Below, piece by piece: positions 10,308 through 20,861 of a DNA stretch of 64,000 nt (positions are counted from its first letter, which is position 1; every line of letters begins with the position of its first letter). The notes beneath the pieces were generated by a model. It was not told where the DNA came from and did no database searches. It saw only the letters and a program-made list of their open reading frames with translations. This stretch comes from Chloroflexota bacterium (GTDB lineage: Bacteria; Chloroflexota; UBA11872; VXOZ01). A program made the translations under genes and the position numbers. The stretch covers positions 192,001 through 256,000 of the forward strand of contig OZ219801.1 in NCBI GenBank assembly GCA_964291655.2. Direction: 5' to 3'.

Positions 10308-11525
10308 ATGAGTTCGAAAGTGGACTGGAAAGAGCACCCTGCCGTCGTCGTCTGGAGTGATGACTGGGGCATGAATGCTTGGGCGCCAACCGAGGAAGCA
10401 TACAACGCTACTAGGCACGAGGAACTCATGCAGACGCGTTGGTCGTCGGGAAGTTTGGAATCACCGGCAGACCTTGAGCGCACGTTTCAATTGCTGGAGG
10501 CACATCGCAGCGGCGACGGCCAGCCAATTGTCTTTGAGCCCTACTACATCGTGGGCAGCCCGGACTACGACGCCATCCGCGCGGCAGAATTTCGCCATTA
10601 TGTGGATATTGGCCTCGACCAGGGAGTTTCACAAGGCTGGGAGAGGGGCGATATCGTCACCAAAGCGAGAGAGGGCATCGAGCGCGGCGTGTGGGCGCCA
10701 CAATATCACGGCAGGACCCACCACTTCAGTCACCATCGCTGGCTCAAGCGACTGCGGGAGGACGATGCCAGGGCACACCGGATGTTCGCACACCTTATGT
10801 ACGTTTGCGAGACCGTGCAAGAGCGCGTGCCGGAGCATGAAGACATGGCGGAGCCGGAGCGCAAAGAGTGGGTACGCGGCGCCATGAGCTATTTCATTCG
10901 CGCCTTCGGCTATCCACCTGCCAGCGTGCGCAATTCGGACGAGGCAGAGATTGCCTGGGCTACGCAAGGCATTGGGATTAGGGTCGGAGTTTCAGATCGC
11001 GAAGGAGAGGATCAAACCGGCAAGACCTCCCCGCTTGCCGACCTCTGGTACGCGGGAAAGGCCCTTAACTTTGAGCCGTTCCAGACTGCGGATCAGGAAG
11101 ACATTCTTGCCCGCGTCCAAGCAGAAACTACCGCAGCTTGGGAGGCCAATCTACCGGCATTCATTAGCAGCCATCGCCGCAACTTTACCGCATTTACGGA
11201 CGACGTGGACAATAACTTCGCGGTATGGGATTCGTACCTCTCGTGGCTCGAAACACGGCATCCCGCAAACGTCTTTCTCACCATGCCTGAAGTGCGCCAA
11301 CTCTGGGGGACCGGCGCGTCGTCACGTCGCTACGGCAACACAATCATCTTCCGCAACTGGACGGACAAGGAACAGACGATGACGTGCCGCGCTGCTACCC
11401 ATGAAGTCGTGGAAGACGTGCACTGCGCCGACAATGAGTCTGCTATTTCAGTTTCCAGCGGTGGTGGAAAGCACATCCTGGTTGCCCCCCATGGGAACTA
11501 TTGTGTCACCGTAGCTTCTCGTTAA
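10308..11525 (+). CDS. Hypothetical protein, polysaccharide deacetylase (CE4/NodB)-like fold
   Basis: VVVWSDDWG di-aspartate motif, QYHGRTH metal-histidine motif and later SSH. Confidence 0.55.
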   Translation: MSSKVDWKEHPAVVVWSDDWGMNAWAPTEEAYNATRHEELMQTRWSSGSLESPADLERTFQLLEAHRSGDGQPIVFEPYYIVGSPDYDAIRAAEFRHYVDIGLDQGVSQGWERGDIVTKAREGIERGVWAPQYHGRTHHFSHHRWLKRLREDDARAHRMFAHLMYVCETVQERVPEHEDMAEPERKEWVRGAMSYFIRAFGYPPASVRNSDEAEIAWATQGIGIRVGVSDREGEDQTGKTSPLADLWYAGKALNFEPFQTADQEDILARVQAETTAAWEANLPAFISSHRRNFTAFTDDVDNNFAVWDSYLSWLETRHPANVFLTMPEVRQLWGTGASSRRYGNTIIFRNWTDKEQTMTCRAATHEVVEDVHCADNESAISVSSGGGKHILVAPHGNYCVTVASR

Positions 11526-11598
11526 TCCCCTGCTCCGCGCGGGGCGAGCGTTCACGGCGATTTCGAGCCTATTCCGATCTTTGGGAGGTACACGCATA

Positions 11599-12900
11599 GT
11601 GAGAAGTATTACCCGCTCCGAGCAACTTTGGCAGCGCGCCAGAAAGCATCTTGCCGGCGGCGTGAGCAGCAATATTCGCTTGCAGGAGCGGCCCGCGCCC
11701 CTCTACTTCAGCCATGGCGAGGGATCCCGCCTGTTCGACGTGGACGGCAATGAGTACATAGACTACGTTGCCGCATACGGGCCTCTCATTCTGGGTCATA
11801 GCCACCCTGAACTAGTAGAAGCCGTCCAGCGCCAAGTAGCCTTGGGCCAGACTTACGGCGGACAGCATGAGATCGAGGTTGAGGTCGCTGAGAAGATTTG
11901 CGCGCTGATGCCGGCGATGGATGTCGTGCGCTTTTGCGGCAGCGGTTCCGAAGCCAACCATGCGCTCTTTCGACTCGCCCGCGCCTACACCGGCCGCACG
12001 AAGATAGTGCGCTTTGAAGGCCACTACCATGGATGGCTCGACGACCAGCTCATCAGCGATCATCCTCATTCGGCGGAAACAGCCGGAGAGTTGCCGTTTC
12101 CCCATGCCGTGCTTGGCAGCAACGGGCAGCTTCCCCACGCAGCCGGCGAGACCCTGGTGCTCCCATGGAATGACCTGGAGGCCTTTACGGACCTCATGGA
12201 GCGTGAAGGGCAGAACGTGGCCTGCGTCATCACTGAGCCAATCATGTGCAATGGCGGCTTCATCCTTCCCAAGCCGGGGTTCTTGGAAGGTATACGAGAA
12301 ATTTGCACGCGCAATGAAGCCCTGCTCATTTTCGACGAGGTCATCACTGGTTTCCGCGCAGACCTCCACGGCGCGCAGGGGCTGCTGGGCATAACGCCGG
12401 ACCTCGTAACGCTAGGCAAAGCCATCGCGAATGGCTTTCCACTGAGCGTCTTTGGAGGACGCCGCGACATCATGCAGCTCGTGGGCAGTGGGGTCATGCA
12501 CGGCGGCACCTATAACGGCAACCCCATCACACTGGCCGCCGCCAATGCCACTCTTGACGTGCTCTCCCGAGACAATGGCGCAGTCTACGACGACATTCGC
12601 AAGATTGGCCGAAGCCTCATGGATGGCATCCGGCAAGCAGCGCAGCAGGCCGGTCAATCGGTGTTGGTGCAAGGGATCGGCCCGGTCTTCTTTGCCTGGT
12701 TCACAGAACGGCAGGAACTGACGAGCTTCCGTGACAATTGGGACAGCGATGAAGATCGATACGCTGCGTTCCAAGGAAACTTGATAGGTCACGGCGTACG
12801 TACGATACCCTCCGGTCGCTGGTACGTGTCTGCCGCCCACACTGCAGAAGACGTGCGCCAAACGGTCGACGCGGTGGCGCAGGCGCTGCAAGAAGCATAG
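11599..12900 (+). CDS. Class III PLP aminotransferase (glutamate-1-semialdehyde aminomutase-like)
   Basis: DVDGNEYID, FEGHYHG, LIFDEVITGFR, TLGKAIANGFP, HGGTYNGNP; GGAGG RBS before GTG 11599. Confidence 0.9.
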   Translation: MRSITRSEQLWQRARKHLAGGVSSNIRLQERPAPLYFSHGEGSRLFDVDGNEYIDYVAAYGPLILGHSHPELVEAVQRQVALGQTYGGQHEIEVEVAEKICALMPAMDVVRFCGSGSEANHALFRLARAYTGRTKIVRFEGHYHGWLDDQLISDHPHSAETAGELPFPHAVLGSNGQLPHAAGETLVLPWNDLEAFTDLMEREGQNVACVITEPIMCNGGFILPKPGFLEGIREICTRNEALLIFDEVITGFRADLHGAQGLLGITPDLVTLGKAIANGFPLSVFGGRRDIMQLVGSGVMHGGTYNGNPITLAAANATLDVLSRDNGAVYDDIRKIGRSLMDGIRQAAQQAGQSVLVQGIGPVFFAWFTERQELTSFRDNWDSDEDRYAAFQGNLIGHGVRTIPSGRWYVSAAHTAEDVRQTVDAVAQALQEA

Positions 12901-13227
12901 CGCCTAGAGCATGGGTCTAATCAAAAGTATAGGAATGGCAGTCATGCTCCCTTGGTTACTACGCGAATGAAATGTAACGCCGAGGGAGATTCCTCGCTTG
13001 GCCACTCTCCAAACAACTCAATCAAAGATGGATTCCGGATTTCGCCGGAACAACGGAGGACGGGCCGCTGCGGGTGAGAAGGACACCCGGTGGGCACAGG
13101 TCTGAGTCTCTGCCCCCTGCAAGCTTGGCAAACACACATAGCAACAATTCTGAAGAGCTGGCCGTGCTTCCCCAGTGTGGCTCGGCTGGCGTTATGCAAA
13201 GAACCGCCTGGATAGGAGTGATTATTA

Positions 13228-13989
13228 ATGCCAGAGCTTCTTGTCGGTAAGAACGCCATCGTAACCGGCGCTGCCAGCGGTATCGGGCAAGCCATCGCCC
13301 TTGCCTTCCTGCGTGAGGGAGCGAATGTGCTCGGCGCCGACCTCAATGAGGAGGGACTTGAGGAGACCGCTCAGCGTGCAACTGAGCACTCCTCGCTGTT
13401 CGTTGCACACAAGTGCAACGTAACGCAGCGGGCTGATGTGGAACGGACGGTAGCGCGGGCGGTGGAAGACTTCGGCCACCTTGACATCATGGCCGCAATC
13501 GCCGGCATTGCCACGGAGCACGACTTCACAGACATCACGGATGAAGATTGGCACCGGGTTACCGATGTCAATTTGCACGGTGTCTTTCTCTGCGATCAGG
13601 TCGCCGCCCGTCAGATGGTCAAACAGGGCCATGGCGGCCGTATCGTCAACATGTCCTCGGTAAACGGCCTCATGGGAGAAGAGGAGTTAGCCGCGTACAA
13701 CACTTCCAAGGGCGGCGTGACGCTCCTCACCAAGAGCGCGGCCATCGACCTGGCCAAACACGAGATTACGGTGAACTGCCTTGCGCCGGGCTATATTCGC
13801 ACACCGCTTACGGAAGAGAGCATTGAGGACAGCGCTTGGATCAACGAGTACTTGAAGCGTGTCCCCTACCGCCGGGTGGGAGAACCGGAAGAGGTGGCCG
13901 ACTGTGCGGTGTTCCTCGCGAGCGATCTCAGCCGCTATGTTACCGGCCACGCGCTGGTGGTTGATGGCGGGCAGATCGCCGTGATCTAG
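13228..13989 (+). CDS. SDR family oxidoreductase
   Basis: TGAASGIG, YNTSK (YxxxK), VNCLAPG, VDGG. Confidence 0.95.
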   Translation: MPELLVGKNAIVTGAASGIGQAIALAFLREGANVLGADLNEEGLEETAQRATEHSSLFVAHKCNVTQRADVERTVARAVEDFGHLDIMAAIAGIATEHDFTDITDEDWHRVTDVNLHGVFLCDQVAARQMVKQGHGGRIVNMSSVNGLMGEEELAAYNTSKGGVTLLTKSAAIDLAKHEITVNCLAPGYIRTPLTEESIEDSAWINEYLKRVPYRRVGEPEEVADCAVFLASDLSRYVTGHALVVDGGQIAVI

Positions 13990-14033
13990 ACTCCAAGACC
14001 TTCTGTACAATCCATGTCATCGATCATCAAGTA

Positions 14034-14077
14034 ATGCCTTCAGTGTGAATTCCAGTTGAAAGACACACTGAAGGCAT
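14034..14077. terminator. Inverted repeat between convergent genes (probable bidirectional terminator)
   Basis: ATGCCTTCAGTGTG ... CACACTGAAGGCAT, a perfect 14-bp inverted repeat. Confidence 0.6.
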
Positions 14078-14173
14078 CGTTTGTTGTCTAGACTAAGCTA
14101 CCCCATCGCAACGGGCCCAAGACCTCACACACTCGCCCACTAGAGACCCACGTGCGCCCTGCACTGCTGCCAA

Positions 14174-14983
14174 TCAGGCTTGCGGCCCGGGGTGGAAGTC
14201 ACGCTGCGGCCGGATTTCGCGGGCGCGAAACTCCTCCAAGAATGCGGCAGTCCGATTAACCGCAGCCTTGTAGAGGACTTCGCCTTTCTCGGCGCTGGCG
14301 CCGGTAGGATCGCCCTGAATGCCCGTTGAAGTATTGCGGCTGAAGAACTCCTGGTAGTGTATGCGCGTGTTGGCCGGCCATGCACCCCAGATGTGCTCGC
14401 TCTGCTGTACCTCCTCCACGGTGCGGACGGCCTTGCCCATGTCCACCAGGTGAGGATAGAGGTAGAGCATGAGAGAGGTCTCATCCTCGTCCGCGTGGTG
14501 GCTCACACCATGGGACTCACGGTCCCAGGTCAAGTCTTCGGCGCGAATGAGCGCCCAATAGTTGGCCAAGACACTGATCGCCGCGCTCTCATTGTTGATG
14601 CGGCGCATGGCGAGGTCCATTACGGGTACATTACTGCCGTGGCCGTTGAGGAGCACGATGTGCCGAAAGCCATGGTGTGCCAGGCTGAAGCCAATTTGCG
14701 CCACGTAATCGATGATCGTATACATATTGATGGCAATCGTGCCGGGAAAGTCCATGTGGTGTTCATTGAAAGAGTAGACAACCGGCGGCATCACAATGAC
14801 ATTCGGCGCCATTTGCACAGCCACGTCATTGGCAATGCGTTGCGGAATGATGTAGTCCACCATCAGCGGCATGTGCGGCCCATGTTGCTCCATGGTCCCT
14901 ACGGGCAGGACGACGACGGGGTCGTGCAGCGAGGCTTCGCCTACTTCAGGAGACTTGAGCTCTTCATAGCGAAAATTTCCCAT
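14174..14983 (-). CDS. Creatininase family amidohydrolase
   Basis: LPVGTMEQHGPHMP, HHMDFPGT, NGHGSN, HADEDETS, GIQGDPT. Confidence 0.93.
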   Translation of the reverse strand: MGNFRYEELKSPEVGEASLHDPVVVLPVGTMEQHGPHMPLMVDYIIPQRIANDVAVQMAPNVIVMPPVVYSFNEHHMDFPGTIAINMYTIIDYVAQIGFSLAHHGFRHIVLLNGHGSNVPVMDLAMRRINNESAAISVLANYWALIRAEDLTWDRESHGVSHHADEDETSLMLYLYPHLVDMGKAVRTVEEVQQSEHIWGAWPANTRIHYQEFFSRNTSTGIQGDPTGASAEKGEVLYKAAVNRTAAFLEEFRAREIRPQRDFHPGPQA

Positions 14984-15077
14984 ACCACCAATCTTCCTCT
15001 CAAATTGCATTCAACTATTCAGTAGCAGCGTTCGCTGTTCGAATCAACATGCCTCTTCTACTTGTGGAACAGCATGG

Positions 15078-16148
15078 TCAGTCCACACGCGGAACCGTAA
15101 CCCACGAGCGGCTCTGGGAAGATTCAACCACCGCGTGGAGCACCTCTTGCGTCTTCAGTCCCTCGGTAAAGGTAGGTGTAATCTCGCGGTTTTCGCGAAC
15201 GGATTGGACGAAAGTCTCCATCTGTCTCATGCCGCCTGCCAAGAGCTGTCCTCCATGTCCTTTGTCCACCGTAGGCGGCGCACCGGGGATCGGCTCACCT
15301 TCCTGCCCCGGCAGGTAGAGCACTCCTTGGCCGTTCTCATAGAGGATGCCGCCATTGCGACCGTTGATCATGAAGTGCCGGCGGCCCACCGGGTAGTTGG
15401 AATGCACCGATCCGAGCCTGCTGAGGCCAAGAGTCCCGTGTGCGCCATTGGCGAGTTGCATCAGCACAATCGTGTCGTCGTCAAGGTCGTGCGGGTGAGG
15501 CGTGCCGTCATCACCGTAGACCTGCGGCGTGAATGTCTTCATGTTTGCGCAGACTTCGGTAATGTCGCCCACGAGGAAGTGCGCAAGATCGATGTGGTGA
15601 GATCCCAGGTCGCCCAAGATGCCGGTGCCGGTGCGCCTCGCGTCGGTGCGCCAGGTGAAGCGGGGTTTAGGTGACCGCACAAGCGCCGTATTGAGGCTCT
15701 GCCCATGCACGTGCACTACCTCCCCAATTACATCATCTTCGATGAGTTTGCGGATGTTGTTGGCCGCTATGTTCCAGCGATTTGAAAACCCCACCACCGT
15801 GCGAAGATTGGCCTGCTTTGCCGCCTCGTACATCTCCCGCGCCTCTTCAATCGTGACCGCCAGCGGCTTCTCGCAGAAAATGTGCTTTCCGGCACGTACG
15901 GAACGCATGACGAGATCATGGTGAAATGCGTCCGGCGCATCCACCAGTACTCCGTTGATTTCATCATGGGCAAGAAGCCGTGCGGGGTCCGCATATACGT
16001 TCTCTATGCCAAACTTGCCCGCAAACTCTCGCGCACCTTCCTCGCGAGGGCCGCATACGGCGACGAGTTCCACGCCGTCGATGTGCGCCAGACCCTCCGC
16101 ATGCACGTCTGCAATCATGCCGTAGCCAAAGACACCGAATTTCAGCAT
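15078..16148 (-). CDS. Gfo/Idh/MocA family oxidoreductase
   Basis: GYGMIA Rossmann motif, HIFCEKP, GDLGSHHID. Confidence 0.95.
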   Translation of the reverse strand: MLKFGVFGYGMIADVHAEGLAHIDGVELVAVCGPREEGAREFAGKFGIENVYADPARLLAHDEINGVLVDAPDAFHHDLVMRSVRAGKHIFCEKPLAVTIEEAREMYEAAKQANLRTVVGFSNRWNIAANNIRKLIEDDVIGEVVHVHGQSLNTALVRSPKPRFTWRTDARRTGTGILGDLGSHHIDLAHFLVGDITEVCANMKTFTPQVYGDDGTPHPHDLDDDTIVLMQLANGAHGTLGLSRLGSVHSNYPVGRRHFMINGRNGGILYENGQGVLYLPGQEGEPIPGAPPTVDKGHGGQLLAGGMRQMETFVQSVRENREITPTFTEGLKTQEVLHAVVESSQSRSWVTVPRVD

Positions 16149-16599
16149 ACGATCGCGCCTTTCAAAGAACTTACACTTTACGTACGATCTTGCCTAAGGA
16201 AGGGAGAGCTTCAAGACCCACTGTGCTTGAATAGCGTCTCTGACCCTTCCTAGCACACAATCTTGCCAACGAGACCGCTGGCTTCCCAATGCACTCGTCG
16301 CACATGGAATGGCCACAAGCAAGACTTCTCTCGTCCCAGGTTGTCCTGTCCGGTTTCGCCCCGCTGAAGCGATTGCTGTTCTTGTCCTAGTGAAACAGAC
16401 CTCGTGAAGACGCGCAACTCATCGGCATGGCAGGCAGCACAACGCGATTATTGCGAGCTCTCGGCTGGCATCCCGGTGAAGTACCGCGGCGAGAGTACGG
16501 AAGAAGCGCCTCCCACTTGCCATCTAGCCCCCCTGTTGCGCACTTTTCCTCAGGCCGTACGACGTGGGAGGGCAGCAAGCAAGAGAAACAGCATCCAAT

Positions 16600-17322
16600 C
16601 TAGTCTTCAAGCGGCACGAGCGAAACGTGCGCCTGCCGCAAGGCGCTAGTCATACGATCCATGGCTGCAGCCACTGTAATGTCAGGCGTGAAAATGGAAG
16701 AACCGGCGACCAGCACGTCAGCGCCTGCCGAGACCGCAGCCACTGCCGATTCTGCATCTATGCCGCCATCTACCTGAAGCCGGACGTCCAGGTCGCTCCG
16801 ATCAATGGCGCTGCGGAGCACACGGACTTTCTCAAGCATTTCTGGCATGAAGGCTTGTCCTCCCCAGCCCGGCTCCACAGTCATTACCAAAGCGAGATCA
16901 AGGTCGGCGAGATATGGCAGGATTGCTTCCACCGGCGTGCCGGGCTTGATTGCCAGCCCGACCCGTTTCCCGGCATTGCGGAACGCTTGGATGGTACCGG
17001 CTACATCCGCGCATGCTTCAACGTGCATCGTGAACAGATCGCCCTCGCTTCCGAGGAACAACTCAAGATGGCGCAACGGCTCCGTGACCATGAGGTGGAT
17101 GTCGAAGAGGCGTGACGAAGCTTGCCGCACGCTTTGGATAACCGCCGGTCCAAAGCTGAGATTCGGTACAAAGTGGGCATCCATGACATCAAAATGGATG
17201 TAGTGTGCGCCGGCGGAGTGGGCCGCTGTCACGTTCTCCGCGAAACGGCCGAAGTCGGCCGCCAGCACAGAAGGCGCTATTCTAACGCAGTGGCGCGACA
17301 TAGGAGGTTGTGCGCGTGTCAT
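16600..17322 (-). CDS. rpe: Ribulose-phosphate 3-epimerase
   Basis: IAPSVLAADF, HFDVMDAHFVPNLSFG, DIHLMV, MTVEPGWGGQ, VDGGI. Confidence 0.96.
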   Translation of the reverse strand: MTRAQPPMSRHCVRIAPSVLAADFGRFAENVTAAHSAGAHYIHFDVMDAHFVPNLSFGPAVIQSVRQASSRLFDIHLMVTEPLRHLELFLGSEGDLFTMHVEACADVAGTIQAFRNAGKRVGLAIKPGTPVEAILPYLADLDLALVMTVEPGWGGQAFMPEMLEKVRVLRSAIDRSDLDVRLQVDGGIDAESAVAAVSAGADVLVAGSSIFTPDITVAAAMDRMTSALRQAHVSLVPLED

Positions 17323-17412
17323 TATGCCTCAGTGTGCAGAGTCCTCAATAGTGAGTCGAGACAATTCGGACGTAACGCGACGGGTGCTGTGTCCGGTAGT
17401 CCTGTCACCCAC

Positions 17413-18696
17413 TTAATTCAGCAATGTTAGCGGGTCTCTGAACCGGTTGAGATACAGCGCCTCAAAGTGCAGATGCGGACCTGAGGAGTATCCTGTGTTA
17501 CCCATCCCCCCTATGACCTCCCCGGCCTTTACAAAGTCGCCAACGGTTACGGCAAAGGTGCTCAAGTGATTGTACGTGGTAACCCAACCGTTGCCATGAT
17601 TGATCACGACCCGATTGCCATACCCAAGCGGGCTCCATCCGGCTCCTACTACCTGCCCGGCGTCCGCAGCGACAATTGCTGTTCCTGTGCGATTCCCGAT
17701 GTCCAGACCTAGGTGGCGAGAATGAAAATACTGCGTAATTGTGCCCTGTGTCGGCCACCGGAATTCACCGAATGCCGCCACCGGTTGCTCACGCTGGGAG
17801 AGTTGCGTTTCCCCGCCGGACTTTCGCAAATCCGCCGGCAGAATTCCGTGTGGGATGATCAATTCCATGCCCGGTACAAGGGTTGTTGAGAGGCCGATTC
17901 TGTTGTATTCCGCAATTGCAACTGGATTGCTCTCGTACGTTTCGGCCAATTCGTGCAGTACATCACCCCTGGAAACGGTGTAGATCACGCCATCAATGGG
18001 CGGAATTCTCAACTTGTCTCCAAGTGAAAGATGGTGGTCGGTGGCAATGTCATTGGCCCAAAGCAAGGTATCCAGGCTAATGCGAAACCGACCGGCAATA
18101 TCAACGAGTGTGTCGTTGCCACGCACCTCGTAGGCGAAAATCTCGTCTCGCGGGCGCAAGACTACCGTAGTTTCCAACAATATGGGACGCTGTATTACGT
18201 CCGGAAACACAGCTTCGACCGAGCTGGCGCGAAAAGTGGGAACTGAACTGTAGTAGTCAATCTCCTCTTCAAGCACGCGTCCCGTTACCTGCTCGGCGGC
18301 GAATGGTGCGGCCCAAAGTGCAACTATCCCAAGAGCCAGCAAGACGATGTGGCCTGCGGCGCGGTGTGCAATGGTGCTCATCCATAGCGGCAAGGCATTG
18401 CTACGCAGGGCAAGCGCCACAAGGCGAGGAATGTGAAAGATAGAATAGCCGCAGAAGACTACCAAGCCGATGAGCTGCAGAATCAAAGAGCGGCGCGGAG
18501 CCCTGAAGGATGCTGTTGCCCTGTGAGCTTCACTCTCACCCGCGTGGGAAACGACATCCTCATCACGCACTGCCTCAAGCGCCATTGCTAGCTTTTCCAA
18601 GGATGTCTCTGGGAGGTGACAATTGCCTGTTGGGCGTTGCGAACATGATGTGGAAACCTCGAAGAATTCAACAATATCCACAACTGAGGCGGCCAT
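17413..18696 (-). CDS. LysM-domain M23 family metallopeptidase (true start probably downstream of 18696)
   Basis: Two LysM repeats (YEVRGNDTL; YTVSRGDVL), HLGLD and GPHLH zinc motifs, N-terminal hydrophobic segments. Confidence 0.88.
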   Translation of the reverse strand: MAASVVDIVEFFEVSTSCSQRPTGNCHLPETSLEKLAMALEAVRDEDVVSHAGESEAHRATASFRAPRRSLILQLIGLVVFCGYSIFHIPRLVALALRSNALPLWMSTIAHRAAGHIVLLALGIVALWAAPFAAEQVTGRVLEEEIDYYSSVPTFRASSVEAVFPDVIQRPILLETTVVLRPRDEIFAYEVRGNDTLVDIAGRFRISLDTLLWANDIATDHHLSLGDKLRIPPIDGVIYTVSRGDVLHELAETYESNPVAIAEYNRIGLSTTLVPGMELIIPHGILPADLRKSGGETQLSQREQPVAAFGEFRWPTQGTITQYFHSRHLGLDIGNRTGTAIVAADAGQVVGAGWSPLGYGNRVVINHGNGWVTTYNHLSTFAVTVGDFVKAGEVIGGMGNTGYSSGPHLHFEALYLNRFRDPLTLLN

Positions 18697-18980
18697 TTTG
18701 CAAGTTATCAGGTACCCATAGGGATGTCAACAATCAGCAGAGGATCACCACTTTCCCGTGCCACACGAGAGATTCTCGTTTAGTTTTGGAGCAGTCGAGC
18801 CCGTTGGCAACTGAGGCAATTCCTGGCTCTGGGACGCACTGAATGGCCGCACGCTCCGCCTTGAAGTCTTAGTGCATGACGGTACGTCGGCAGTCTTGCC
18901 CAACACATGTTGGCGGGGCATAATGCATAGGCGATATGGGAAACAATCAGGCACACACACCACGATGAGGAGCGATACGC

Positions 18981-19274
18981 ATGGTCGAGCATTTGGTGCT
19001 GTTCAAAGTAAAAGCAGGCGTCAGCGAGGACGCAATTGAAGCAATGCAGGACGCTCTCAGAGGGCTTCAGAGCGCTATTCCGGGCATTTTGGAAATCACT
19101 GTAGGGGCAAACTTCAGCGAGCGCAGCCAGGGGTTCACGCACGGTTTGCTAGTGCGATTCCAAGATCGAGCCGCGCTAGATACCTATATTCCTCATCCCG
19201 CCCATGAAGACGCCAGGAAGAACTACATTCTTCCCATCGTCGAGGACGTGCTCGTCGTGGACTACGAGTGCTAG
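18981..19274 (+). CDS. Dabb family (stress-responsive A/B barrel) protein
   Basis: MVEHLVLFK...IPGI...FTHG...Y.PHPAH...DY. Confidence 0.9.
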   Translation: MVEHLVLFKVKAGVSEDAIEAMQDALRGLQSAIPGILEITVGANFSERSQGFTHGLLVRFQDRAALDTYIPHPAHEDARKNYILPIVEDVLVVDYEC

Positions 19275-19379
19275 GAAGAGCCTCAGGCATCGCTGTGCGC
19301 CGTTTTCAACCGCATTGAGAGACTCTACGCGAATCACCCGCGGGTGGCAGCAGCGTGAGACTTCGCGTCAGAGCAAACG

Positions 19380-20477
19380 CTAACTCTCAGAAGCGACAGG
19401 AGTCGGCCACGCGCCCAACACTCTAACGAGCACACATCCCTTCTCGAGTTCGGCCAGTGCCATTCGTACAGGCTCCTGCGCAGGGTGACCGATGAGGATC
19501 GCAAAGAAGTAATAGTCCCATGTTCGGCGTTGGGATGGCCGGGAGAGAATAAACGTCAGATTTACATCGTGTTTTGCGAACACTCCAAGAGCGTTGAATA
19601 GGGATCCGGGCTGGTCAATGACACTGAATAGTAAGGCGGTGCGGTCATTTTCCGTTGGCGAGGGTAACTGCTTGCCTAAGATGGCAAATCGCGTAACGTT
19701 TTCGGCACGGTCCTGAATGCTGCGCGCTACAATCGAGACGTCCTCTGCCTGCGCCGCGAGTTCACTGGCTATGGCAGCGGCTCCCGGCTCGTTCTTGACC
19801 CTTGAGACTGCTGCGGCAGTGCTCACTACCTCAACAATGTCCGTGTGAGGCAACACTTCAGCCAGCCAACCGCGGCACTGCGCAAGTGCCTGGGGATGCG
19901 AGTACACCACACGGATTGAATCCCGGGGGCTATTCGAAATGAGATTGTGGCCGATAGGCAACACCACCTCACCGCAAATCTGAATAGGGCTATCCAAGTA
20001 CTGTACAAAAGAATCGAGCGTAGGCGTAACACCGCCTTCCGTGGAGTTCTCGAGAGGGACAACACCGTAATCGGTCTCTCCCGTTTCCACAAGCTGAAAG
20101 ACATGATTCACCGTAGCCGCCGCCTGCAGAATGGCGGAGCTGCCAAACGACTGAAGGGACGCCTGATGCGTGAAGGTGTTCTCCGGTCCCAAGTATGCTA
20201 CGCTCGTAGGTCTCTCCAATGCGCGGCATGCGGAGAGGACTTCCCGATAGATGGCGGTAAGCGAAGCGCTCTCTAAGAGGCCGTCTCGCGCGCGGGATGC
20301 GACGTTTTCCAGCACTTGCCGCTCGCGTTCCGGTACATAGATGGGGACTTCATCCCCTTTCTCAACGCCAACACGTATGGCAAGCGCCGCACGGCGTTGG
20401 AGCCGGTCTACGATCTCACGGTCAAGGGCGTCTATCTGCTGACGCAGGTCCGCCATGACGCCGTCCTGCTTACGCAT
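19380..20477 (-). CDS. pheA: Chorismate mutase/prephenate dehydratase
   Basis: LRQQIDALD mutase domain, AYLGP, PLENSTEG, SHPQALAQC, NVTRF and C-terminal ACT domain. Confidence 0.95.
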   Translation of the reverse strand: MRKQDGVMADLRQQIDALDREIVDRLQRRAALAIRVGVEKGDEVPIYVPERERQVLENVASRARDGLLESASLTAIYREVLSACRALERPTSVAYLGPENTFTHQASLQSFGSSAILQAAATVNHVFQLVETGETDYGVVPLENSTEGGVTPTLDSFVQYLDSPIQICGEVVLPIGHNLISNSPRDSIRVVYSHPQALAQCRGWLAEVLPHTDIVEVVSTAAAVSRVKNEPGAAAIASELAAQAEDVSIVARSIQDRAENVTRFAILGKQLPSPTENDRTALLFSVIDQPGSLFNALGVFAKHDVNLTFILSRPSQRRTWDYYFFAILIGHPAQEPVRMALAELEKGCVLVRVLGAWPTPVASES

Positions 20478-20861
20478 TGAGGCTACCTATCGGTTGTAGA
20501 ATGAGCCGTGCCTCCGTTGATTGCGGCCGATGCACGTAACGAAGTATGCGAGAGTACCGCCAAGCTGAATCGATCCGGCTCTTTTCGGGCAGTATTGTAG
20601 CAGGTTCCATAGCTCTGTGCATGCATAGGGCTAGGCGTAAACCCAATGCAGGCCGCCTGGCACGTTCCGCTCTCAGCTACCTTGACGACCCGCGCCTTTC
20701 TTCCTAGAATTAAAGCGATGGGGATAGTTGCGTTGGGCGTCAAAATACCTTTGCAATCGCTAGCTTTCGCGTGCGCGCGACTAGGCCAGTGAGGTGAAAT
20801 CGCTCACGGTTGACCGATAGAGACCTGCCAATGGCATGTTTGAAGGAGAGAGATTACCGCA

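Noticed and set aside
11599-12900. Assignment as hemL
   Set aside because: Family match only; lacks typical HemL motifs (GGVNSPVR, YHGH.D) and heme-pathway context
14174-14983. Mycofactocin system (MftE-like creatininase next to an SDR)
   Set aside because: No mftA precursor, mftB or radical SAM mftC in the window
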